Positions 12,608-22,085 of a stretch of 35,321 bases of DNA are shown piece by piece. The DNA lies in contig JAUCBJ010004036.1 in NCBI GenBank assembly GCA_032718475.1, forward strand, positions 1 through 35,321. Direction: 5' to 3'. The notes under the pieces are model-generated. The model was not told the DNA's origin, did not search any database, and saw only the letters and a list, made by a program, of their open reading frames with translations. The DNA comes from Nemertoderma westbladi (taxonomy: Eukaryota; Animalia; Xenacoelomorpha). A program made the translations under genes and the position numbers. Position 1 is the stretch's first letter; every line of letters starts with the position of its first letter.

Positions 12608-13852
12608 ATCAGTAGTCCTCCTGTCTTTATCCGAATATCTAAATGGAATATATTAGATGATATAAATATTTTAATAATTTTGCGCATCGTAATCTCGAAT
12701 GAGTCAGACAGGTTCAAATAATGCAATAAATTAGAAAATCTGTTCAATCTGCATTGTGATGAAGGGAAATACGGAAATTAAATAGATAACGCGTCTCAGA
12801 AAAGGCGATGCGAAAATAATTGAATTCAATATAAGTTAAGATTGGGATGGAATGCTAGTAAATACTTACCATCAACAGGGAGGAATCAGCGAATGCAGCA
12901 CCTTCAATGAATACTGAATGAATTGCCTTATCTCTGATCTCTTTAAAGATAGGGAAATTCTTCCATTCATTTCACCTAATGATGTGCAGTATATGTAGCG
13001 CTGTTGGAATTTATTAATGAAATATTAGATTTTAAGTGTCTATTATACTAAATAATAATAATATTTATTATTATGTAAATATATTTAATTTGTTATTGAT
13101 ATAAATTCAATAGGTAATTAATATAATTAATTTGTTATTGACATAAATTCAATAGGTAATTACTATGTAGCTGAGCGTTTAAAACTCTACATATTAGTAG
13201 GTCTACAAACAATTTGATGTACAAATTTAGTTCCAAATCTTCGTTATTACAATAATAGTAAGTTAATACATATAACATAATAATGTCCTTGCTTTCTTAT
13301 TCCGTAACACGTTTACAAAACGTTACCTTTATTCCCTTTTAAAACTATATTAGATTCAATTGAGTTTATTTATTTGATTCCCAAGCGAGATTTTTATAAT
13401 TCATCTATAGATTTTTTCATTCCGGTCAGCATGTAATTTGTTTTGTCAGAAATTTCTTAGAAATCACTGTGCAATGGTAAACCACCAAAGTTTTAATTTA
13501 TTCTGCTTGGCATATTGTAATTACCAATGGAATTGAATAATTGAACAGAACAATTGAAAATGTTTTTCTATCACTACTTGGATTGAAAGCACGGCCTTTT
13601 AAATAACAGGCTTAGCAATCCTGTCAGTGGAATGTTACGTCTGCTTAATGGGATCCATACATAGGGGTTGTATATGGTCTCCCAACCAGTATGTGTTATC
13701 ATTATCTTACCAGACCTACATGGGGTCCACCTATATAGGAAAATGCCAGTCGATGGTTAGATAGAAAGAAGTGTGGTAAGCGACTGAGCAGTTATAAAGG
13801 TGATGGTAGAAATAATATATAAGAGTCGCAATAATATAAAGTTCGTAAAGTT

Positions 13853-15597
13853 ATAGATAGATAGATAGATTTATTTATACATTATGTAAAAACAATAACA
13901 AATACACCAAACAATGTACCGGTATAAAGGTATTGTCCAACATAACATATAGGATTACCCCTAAAGCTTTGCAGCTTATTTCCAAGGGGGTCCTTTATGT
14001 TACTTGGTTACAAATACAATATTACACTACGCTAACCTACTGTAAAACCAATATAAAACGTAATTACACTATGTACATGTACAACTTTACCGAGAGCGTG
14101 ACAATGCCCGACTCAACGATAAAGATGTAATGTACAGAACAATTTATTATAAAACGTAATTACAGTATAAATAGTAAATAATTAATAAACTAATAACTTA
14201 CTGTAGGACTATTGTACCTATTTTTACATTGCACACGGAGATGAGATTTAACTGCAGATTTAAAAGAATGTTGATTATTTAGGTTTTTAATTTCATTAGG
14301 CAGAGCGTTCCAATTTTTTATGCCGTTAAAAAAGAAAGTATCAGATTCAAAGGATTTACAATTCGGGAGGTAGAAGTTTGAAGCACTAGCTCTGGTACTG
14401 TAAGAGTGTCTATCGCGTACTCTGTTGAATTTTTGTTTTAGGTAATTGGGACATTTACCATTATACACTTTATGCACATGGTTAAGGCGTAGCTGCTTAA
14501 CTCTACTATCTAAGTTAAGTAGTCCAGATTCAGAAAAGTCATCTGGAGTTAGGTGGTGCCTAGGTTTGTAGTCTTTAATAAATCGTACTACTTTATTCTG
14601 AGCTACTTGTAATTTACATTTAAGCTGTTTGGTTAAGCCTTCATACCAAGAAGAGCACGCATAGTCCATGTGACACTGTATTAAAGAAGAGCAAAGTAAC
14701 TTGCGGGAGTCGGTGTTCAAACTATTTTTATTTCTGTATAGAAACCTAAGCCTACTGTTAACTTTCGAGAAAATATTTTTCACTGTACTTTCTCCTGATA
14801 AGCAGTTATCCAATGTGGCGCCTAAATATTTAACTTCCTTTTTATTTTCAATCTTATGTCCATTACTAGTGACTTCAAACTTAGTTACCTTCTTTAACTT
14901 TCTTTTGGAACCAAACAAAATACTTTCAGTTTTACCGTAGTGAATGGATAGCTTATTATCAACCAACCACTCATTACAGGATTCTAGAACTGCACTTAAC
15001 TTTTGGGAAATATGGATAGGATCTTTATGAGAGAAAATAAGAGCACTGTCGTCGGCATATAAAATGAGTTTAAAATCGGGATCTATACTACTTATCATAT
15101 CATTTACATAGCATACAAAAAGCAGAGGACCTAATATACTACCTTGCGGTACACCACAGGTAATCTCTTGTACAGTAGACAGTGATTTGCTAATGACTTC
15201 AGTTTGACCTCTGTCTGACAGGTAGGACTTGAACCAGTCTATAGAACCTACACCCATCAGGCCTAACTTACCAAGCAGAATTTTGTGATCTACAGTATCG
15301 AAAGCCTTTTGTAGGTCCAACATTACCATACCAGTATATAAACCCTTTGCGTTATTACATCTAATTGTATCAGTTAAGTTAATAAGGCAGGTGTCTGTAG
15401 AATATGATTTACGAAAACCGGACTGAAGTTCATAGATCAGATTTAGCCTACTAAGATGTGCCTCCAGCTGTAGAAAAACAGAACGTTCTAGAATTTTAGA
15501 TACAATACTTAAGATACTAACAGGTCTGTAATTACAGGGTTCTACTTTACTATTCTTTTTATACAGAGGAACAACCTTAGCTAATTTCAGTTCGTCT
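13853..15597 (-). mobile_element. 5'-truncated CR1-group LINE (CR1/Crack/Daphne-like) with 3'UTR and (ATCT)n tail
   Basis: RT ORF, then ~320-bp 3'UTR containing GGACCCCCTTGGAAATAAGCTGCAAAGCTTTAGGGGTAATCC, then AATAAA and (ATCT)n on the minus strand. Confidence 0.9.
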
Positions 15598-15599
15598 AA
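14190..15599 (-). CDS. LINE ORF2 reverse transcriptase domain (uninterrupted, N-terminally truncated)
   Basis: Frame stays open upstream of the annotated Met: DELKLAKVVPLYKK...NYRPVSILS...QSGFRKSYST...LDLQKAFDTVDH...GVPQGSILGPLLF...YADD...KYLG...WNALP. Confidence 0.9.
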   Translation of the reverse strand, partial: LDELKLAKVVPLYKKNSKVEPCNYRPVSILSIVSKILERSVFLQLEAHLSRLNLIYELQSGFRKSYSTDTCLINLTDTIRCNNAKGLYTGMVMLDLQKAFDTVDHKILLGKLGLMGVGSIDWFKSYLSDRGQTEVISKSLSTVQEITCGVPQGSILGPLLFVCYVNDMISSIDPDFKLILYADDSALIFSHKDPIHISQKLSAVLESCNEWLVDNKLSIHYGKTESILFGSKRKLKKVTKFEVTSNGHKIENKKEVKYLGATLDNCLSGESTVKNIFSKVNSRLRFLYRNKNSLNTDSRKLLCSSLIQCHMDYACSSWYEGLTKQLKCKLQVAQNKVVRFIKDYKPRHHLTPDDFSESGLLNLDSRVKQLRLNHVHKVYNGKCPNYLKQKFNRVRDRHSYSTRASASNFYLPNCKSFESDTFFFNGIKNWNALPNEIKNLNNQHSFKSAVKSHLRVQCKNRYNSPTVSY

Positions 15600-15805
15600 A
15601 TATAGTCTAAATATAAAGTTCTAAATATAATATAATGTAGTGGTCGAAGCATCACGGGATCAGAGTCTACTACCGAGATATCAATTGTAAGGAACTATAT
15701 GCACTATTTGTAAGTTTCTAGTTGCCATCTGTATATGCCAAGCCAAGATTAACCTTAAATGGATTCAGGTCAAAGAAATTGGGAATCTTTAATTTACAGA
15801 CATCT

Positions 15806-15961
15806 CGCCCTCTAGCGGCACTCTGGAGAACTGCAGACTGAATAGCCTCCCTTGAAATATACAGTTGATGGTCTAGTACATATCAACCTTTCTTCTAGAA
15901 TTGATTAAAAGCAAAGAAATGGGGGGACATTTAATGTGTAAACATGCAGCCCCCTAGCGGC
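15806..15961 (-). promoter_or_regulatory. Two co-oriented CTCF-like motifs
   Basis: Minus strand GCCGCTAGAGGGCG (15806-15819) and GCCGCTAGGGGGCT (15948-15961) match the CTCF core. Each is preceded by a CTGCAGTTC/ACAGTTC upstream-motif-like sequence. Binding not demonstrated. Confidence 0.5.
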
Positions 15962-16204
15962 TGATAGACGAACTGTTCTAGTTCTTGTATGCCTAACGGT
16001 GTTATGTGCACTGATTACTGTCGTAATTGTGATTTGGGATACTATTAAATTTCATTTATTTAAGAATGTTATAGGACATAAGTGATGTCAAATGTTATAT
16101 TTAATTGATGCGAAAAACATTTTGTCAACAATTCTGACGAAGTTGCCATGGCATCTAGAAACTTAAACATATTGCATGTGTTTCCATATACTCGATTTTG
16201 TATC

Positions 16205-16458
16205 AGTACGGCAGCTCAGTTGGTTGAGCACCAGGCCTGCAATCTAATTTGTGGTTGTAGGTTCAGCCCCGCCATGGTCCCCTCAACTCAGCTTTTCATC
16301 CACTGGGGTCGATAAAATGAGTACCAGTAAATTACTGGGAGCAAATCTTGGGATAGGAGTAGTGCCCATACCCCTACCCTCGGGTAGCAGCTATCAAAAG
16401 ATGAGCCTTCGGGTCCCCTCCAGCCTCAGCCGACTGTTTGCTTGCTTGCTTGCTTTCT
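16205..16458 (+). mobile_element. tRNA-derived SINE with (TTGC)n tail
   Basis: A-box-like CAGCTCAGTTGG, anticodon-like CTGCAA, B-box-like GGTTCAGCCCC, SINE-like body AACTCAGCTTTTCATCCACTGGGGTCGATAAAATGAGTACC, tail TTTGCTTGCTTGCTTGCTTT. Confidence 0.8.
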
Positions 16459-17994
16459 AGTTAAAGTTACCCATTGCCATGGCAACTAGAAACTGAAAAA
16501 TAGTGCATATTGATTCTTATACCTGATATCTTGGTGGTAGACTCTGATCCCAAGACGATACGACTGCATATGCATTACGCCCGTAAAAGCCCGTTGCTAA
16601 GAGCATTGTCAATATTGCTAACATTGGAGGCTTGATTGCTATGTATTTTCAAAAAACTAAATATGCAAATAAATTATTCATATCCAAAATGGTAATCTTC
16701 CATAAATTTTATCTCGTTATATCTCGTTATTACTAAAAGTACTGTAGCTATGGCAATTTCCTCTGTTGCTATGTTTACAACCCTCTAAAAAATCTGCGCA
16801 ACCATTTGGTGAAGTCTACCCAAATTTTTATAATGTCCCATATCTGTTCTAAATATCTATGCGGGGTAGGTCAGTCATATAAAAAAAATCCTATGGGATC
16901 ATAGGCTGGAGCCTGTATTAGTATAAGTATGTAAGTATTTGGTGGTAACGGTAGGCATAATAATTACACTTCACAATTCTAACAGTAAAGTTTTAGTAAA
17001 AACGTATATACTGTTGTGCTACAAGAGGCATGCCAGCCAATCCGTAGAATTAACATTTGTTTGGAGGTTTTCCTGGTTTATTCATCAATCAATGCTTACC
17101 GGCCCAGCAGTATGTACATACATACAAACACACCCCGGCCTACTTTCTATTTGAAAGGAAATTAAACTTGCAAGTTTCTGTCAATGAGCTATTGACTTTC
17201 TTAAATTAATTGAAGTGTATCCGACTTGATGTGTATGCCTTCATGACCGTCATAGGAAAATCGTACTGATGTTGCTTCCTCACTTTGTAAAATTACTGAA
17301 TTGGCTACATAATCAATTCCCTTGTTATAAATTACATTGTGCCGGCAGCTACTTGTGTCATGACGTGCACGATCTGTCAATTACCGCTGAGATACAATCC
17401 ACATGGTCCCCTTAGCCATCAATATTCTATTCCAGGTGTGAGTATGAAGATGATAAAGGAGCCTGGCTGAAGAGTATGACACCATGATGGCGTTGGTGAA
17501 GATGGATCAATTAAATAACTAACATTTATTTCCTCAGCCCTGAGCTCATGGACGGAGTGTGTGTGCACTAGATAATAATGGTGGCGGGGTTGTATATATT
17601 AGTAATGTCTCGGGGGAAAAGTGGCCTGAAGGGGGTGTTCATAGATGGATGGACTGTGTTGTTTTCGCAGAACGCACATCCTTGGATGGCAAATAATAAC
17701 ATGCATTATTTGAACGCCCACATCTCAGGTATATCTCAACGAAATTTACCTGCCTGGTGTAATGATACTGCTGCTGCTAATACAGAGTAATTACTGTTTA
17801 ACAGGATTTTTAGATGGATTTAAATATATACATTACCAGTAGTTTTGCCCTGCGGGGGATTGAGATTGCATTTTACAGTATTTAAAAACAGTAACAATAC
17901 ACCAGACAATGTATTGTAATTAGATAATTCTATTGTACATAGTGAAACTGAATGTTCCAGATTAGGGCGTATTTATTAAAAAGGATATTATTCC

Positions 17995-18335
17995 CTCACG
18001 CAGATACAAAACCATGCAACTCACGGTCGCCCATATCTCCGCTATTTTTCAACAAATTTTTTTGAGTGAATTGCGTATTTTAAATCCTTACGAAGCCAGC
18101 TTTGTAACAGTACCAACAAATCACACTATAACATAGAAGAATAACTGTGGTGTAACTGGTGGAATATCAAAGGAGACAAGACACCTTTTTCAAACACTTA
18201 TTGCTAAATAATGAAAGCAAAAATAAAAATTATGGCTCACCCACCAAGTGAGGAGGTGGGAGGTTAAACCATTTCTATTTCAAATTCATACAATCTTATT
18301 AAGATTTGTAATGTATTTTTATTTTTTGGGGGGGG
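17995..18335 (+). repeat. Dispersed repeat, copy 1 (second copy at ~26340-26660, partial third at ~17700-17750)
   Basis: Colinear shared blocks CATATCTC.GCTATTTTTCAAC, GCCAGCTTT, TAGAAGAATAACTG.GGTGTAACTGGTG, GGCTCACCCA, ATTAAGATTTGT and a terminal G-run. Confidence 0.8.
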
Positions 18336-18567
18336 GGTCCAGTTACCTGGATAAAATATTAAATGACATGTTGTAGGTTTTGGCCAACACATTATCATCT
18401 GAAAAATCATCTGCAGTTAGTATAAATTGTGTATAAACCTTAACACTTTATAAGCAGTTATGCAAAAAGAACCCTAAATATTTCACTTCATTGATATTTA
18501 ATATCATATGGCATCATATTAGTTACTTCAATCTTGGGTGCTTTTCTAATTTTTGCATGGAAACTAA

Positions 18568-18771
18568 AGCCCATGATACACCACAGGTGCGGTGAGCGGC
18601 AGCGGCGAGCGGCCGCAGCAAGCGGCCATTTTATAAAAATAGAACACATTATTTTCTATGGGTGATGATACACCACAAATGGCTGCTGCCGCTCGCCGCT
18701 CCTATAGTGTATCATACTAAAAGTCGCCGCTCAAATCGGCCGCTCGCCGCTCCTGTGGTGTATCATGGCCT
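18568..18771. mobile_element. PIF/Harbinger (Tourist-type) MITE, 204 bp
   Basis: TIRs AGCCCATGATACACCACAGG / CCTGTGGTGTATCATGGCCT. TAA target duplication at 18565-18567 and 18772-18774. Internal GCCGCTCGCCGCT repeats. Confidence 0.9.
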
Positions 18772-18869
18772 TAACACACAATACTTAATTCAGACTACAC
18801 TGAAGAGATTCGATAGGTTATTATCAACCTGACACTAATTTCATGATTCTACCATAGTAAGCCTCGAAG

Positions 18870-19000
18870 CAGGACCTTATCGACCAAGGAACCTTATCGC
18901 CCCTATAAATTGCATTTTGTTTGAAATTGAAGGGCGATAAGTTCCCCGGGGTCGATAATGAACATGATGGTGGTAATGTGCAAGTGGCGATAAGGCCCTA
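18870..19000. repeat. Small inverted-repeat element (CCTTATCG / CGATAAG motifs), probable MITE remnant
   Basis: ACCTTATCGACC..ACCTTATCGCCC is mirrored by GGGCGATAAG..GGTCGATAA..GGCGATAAGG. Interrupts the old LINE. Confidence 0.5.
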
Positions 19001-19899
19001 CACTACAATCGTGTAAACCCGTTATGGGAACAAATAAGTGCACATCATCAGAATATAAATGATTTTAAAATCAGGATCTATACTATTTATGATGTCATTT
19101 ACATACCTTACAAAAAACAGGCAACCTAATATACTACCACTGAAGATTGTTTGTAGACTCAACTGTGTTTTGCCAATAACTACATACAGCAATAGAGCTT
19201 TTGGCTATCAATTATCATTAGTTCGTATGATACAAGTACTTTGTATTTATGTCTATGGTTGTGTCTCAACACAACTAATGGACTGATATGTTGCGGTGGC
19301 TATAATCTTTTAATGATTCCCCGCTGTCCTTATCAGCTACTGTAAACGTAAATTGCACATTAAAACAAAAATTGCCTTAAGTTAATGCTCCAGCAGAAGT
19401 TCAAGGACAGGAAACACATCACAAAACTCACTGGCCCATCTATGGTGGCCCAATATAGCCCTCAAATAATCTTGGGATAAATTGTGTAATTGTTTTTTAT
19501 TTCACAAATACACAGCCCGGGGGGGGGGGGGGGGGAGGGGGGGATTTAAAAAAAAAAAATTCTAACACGAGCCCTCATGTTACTAACACGAATCGGGTTA
19601 GCGAATACATGGAACAAATAATTTGTAGGCAAGGCTATTTGCGGGAATTTCAAAAGTAAAGTAGCACTTTACAGTGTGATGATCCGATTTATATCGAACG
19701 TCACTCACTATGAAAGAACGTAGTGAGTGGGTGAAAATAAAGCCACGGGGATGAGAACACTGTAAAGTACTTTGAAAATGTATGTATGTAGTTTTATTCC
19801 AAAACTGTAACATTACGAAATGATTGTATATATATTATAAGTGATAGAAACTGCATAAATTATATTATTTACTGTATAAATAAATGCAAAAATGACACC

Positions 19900-20112
19900 C
19901 CAAGCTTGACACTAGAACAAAATCGCCTCTGCTTTGCAGGACATTGCTTTCGCCGTGAGGACCAGCCAGTGCATAATCTTGTACTTTGGCAGCCTCATGG
20001 AGTGAATAAGCATGGTGGACAGCCCATGCCTTTCTTGATCTGAAGATGTGGATTATCTAGCAAATGTCATGGGTGATAGGGAGTTGAGGCGGCGCAATTT
20101 TGTCGTCAAGCC
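19900..20112 (+). pseudogene. RTE LINE C-terminal fragment
   Basis: Translates LEQNRLCFAGHCFRREDQPVHNLVLWQPHG...MGDRELRRRNFVVK, the RTE C-terminal RL.FAGH..R...LW.P motif. Confidence 0.75.
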
Positions 20113-20608
20113 GTTTAAAATCGGGATCTATATTACTTATTTTTACATTTACATAGCATACAAAAAGCAGAGGACCTAATATACTACCTTGCGGTGCACC
20201 ACAGGTAATCTCTTGTACAGTAGACTGCGATTTGCTAATGACTACAGTTTGACCTCTGTCTGACAGGTAGGACTTGAACCAGTCTAGTTTATTAATTATT
20301 TGCTATTTATACTGTAATTACGTTTTATAATAAATTGTTCTGTACATTACATCTTTATCGTTGAGTCGGACATTGTCACGCTCTCGATAAAATTGTACAT
20401 GTACATAGGGTAATTACTTTTTATATTGGTTTTAGGTTAGCGTAGTGTAATATTGTATTTGTAACCAAGTAACATAAAGGACCCCCTTGGAAATAAGCTG
20501 CAAAGCTTTAGGGGTAATCCTATATGTTATGTTGGACAATACCTTTATACCGGTACATTGTTTGGTGTATTTGTTATTGTTTTTACATAATGTATAAATA
20601 AATATATA
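20113..20608 (+). mobile_element. 5'-inverted, internally deleted copy of the CR1-group LINE
   Basis: 20113-20286 matches 15068-15241 (antisense RT segment). 20285-20603 is the reverse complement of ~13869-14192 (sense 3'UTR). Confidence 0.92.
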
Positions 20609-21142
20609 ACTCAGCCTTTCTATTTACAATCTTTACATTCAACTAAATATATTGTGTTTTCAGAGTGACAGAATGAAGCTTCATCCTTAATGAAGTATTT
20701 TTTTAGGTTTAGCTTGGATTTAGATTGAATGGAAGTTCTTAATTAAAAATATTGATTATTATTAGTTCTTAAGATTAAGGGGAGTTACTGGCAGTGTATT
20801 CTGTTAACAATGAAGCCGTTTGGACTAAACTCTATAAATGAAGCAGTTGTTAACAACTTTTGGTTAAATGTATTGAATCCGGACTCTTAGAATGCAATCA
20901 AGAGAATTTATTTAATTAAAATCTTAATACTAAATGCAATATTTATTGTCTAGTAAATTGTATTCATTTCACTTTTAAAATGACTTCTTCCCGTCCATTA
21001 GAGTCAATGGCAGTAAAAGCCCCTTAGCCAAGCTATGAAACTCTAATGGGCGACAGGAAATTTCCTGTGGCCCATGAGAGTCACACTGTAGGCTGATAGG
21101 TACAGTATCATATATCATATCATATACTGTAGTGGTATGCAA

Positions 21143-21199
21143 TAGGGTTGGTGCGCGAAATAATTGTTGAGCTAGAAACAATCGAATAAGGGGTAACAA
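21143..21199 (+). repeat. Short dispersed repeat (second copy ~29917-29973), possible DNA-transposon terminus
   Basis: TAGGGTTGGTGC.CGAAA.AATTGTTG.GCTA.AAACAATCGAATAAGG.GTAACAA is present at both sites. Confidence 0.7.
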
Positions 21200-21704
21200 T
21201 AATTTTAATTTTTTTTTTCACAATAATCGCGGATAATTTCACGGTTAAGAAAACAACCTACTCGGTTCCTAGTAAAATTAAAGTAGTGCTGACGATTATG
21301 TAGGGAACACCATCTTGTAGAAAAAGACTAGTAAGGTGATGGTGACCCTGATGAAATGATTATGAGTAACCAGTGCTGTGACGAAACCAACCCCACCCCC
21401 CCCCCCCCCCCCAGATCCCATCACACACTCAGAGAAAGCCCCATGCTTGACGGCACACCTAAAAAGCATTTGAAAGTGATCCGCGCTTTTTTATGTATGT
21501 TTTTCCTATTGGCAGTTGCCTGTACAGTATACACACAGCAACTGTAAAACTAAGAATAATTTTAATTGTAAGCGAATCTAAGTCGCACTGAAATAATTCT
21601 AACTACTAACGTTGCAGCAAGCCGACTTCAGAGGGTTATACATTAAATTGAAACCGGACGTCGAGCTAGGGGACTACCCACGATATTAAACTTTAAATAT
21701 TCAA

Positions 21705-21748
21705 CCCAGCTTATATATTTCTGCCCCTTGGGCAATCTTCAGAGCACC
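21705..21748 (-). ncRNA. Minimal hammerhead ribozyme motif in inverted pseudo-LTR
   Basis: Minus strand: GCT-CTGAAGA-T-TGCCC-AAG-GGGCA-GAAA-TATA-TA-AGC. Confidence 0.65.
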
Positions 21749-22085
21749 AATTATTCAACAATATAATTAAAACCACAGCAAGACTGGCCCTACATACAAA
21801 ATTACAGTAACAAACAAAGGGGGAAAGCAAACTAATTTAAAAGATATAATAAGGCGCTCTCCTCGTCACCCGCGCCCCGCTCGACCTGATGGGAGTCGCC
21901 GCGGGTCCCGGCAGGTAGACGTGATCCAGGGGGAGAAAGGACAGAAATTTGCCAGCTGGTGGATTACAGAGAGTTTAGAATCCCCCATAAATGCAGATAC
22001 GTGACCCCCAGATCAAACAACGAGATCGTAGAGAGTTTCATAATGGATCTGCCATGACCTACTATAACTACTGTTATAGTAGGTC

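Larger units (their letters stand above)
15636..16569. mobile_element. Non-autonomous element with ~95-bp imperfect terminal inverted repeats
   Basis: GGGATCAGAGTCTACTACCGAGATATC...TATGCACTATTT..AGTTTCTAGTTGCCAT (~15656-15728) is the imperfect reverse complement of ATGGCAACTAGAAACT..AAATAGTGCATA...GATATCTTGGTGGTAGACTCTGATCCC (~16479-16551). TSD not resolved. Confidence 0.75.
18340..19140 (-). pseudogene. Old diverged CR1-group LINE RT fragment related to 13853-15597, split by insertions
   Basis: Colinear matches: ATAAGCAGTTAT...CCTAAATATTT.ACTTC (18450-18490 vs 14798-14837), TTATTATCAACC (~18817 vs ~14952), TTTAAAATC.GGATCTATACTA...CCTAATATACTACC (19064-19138 vs 15069-15143). Confidence 0.75.

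Noticed and set aside
12862-12950. U1 snRNA (ATACTTACC) or minus-strand exon
   Set aside because: Only 9 nt match U1. A minus-strand donor GTAAGT is present but there is no convincing acceptor or homology.
13834-15621. TSD ATATAAAGTTC around the CR1-group LINE
   Set aside because: Copies are offset from both element ends by ~10 nt in AT-rich sequence, so it cannot be called confidently.
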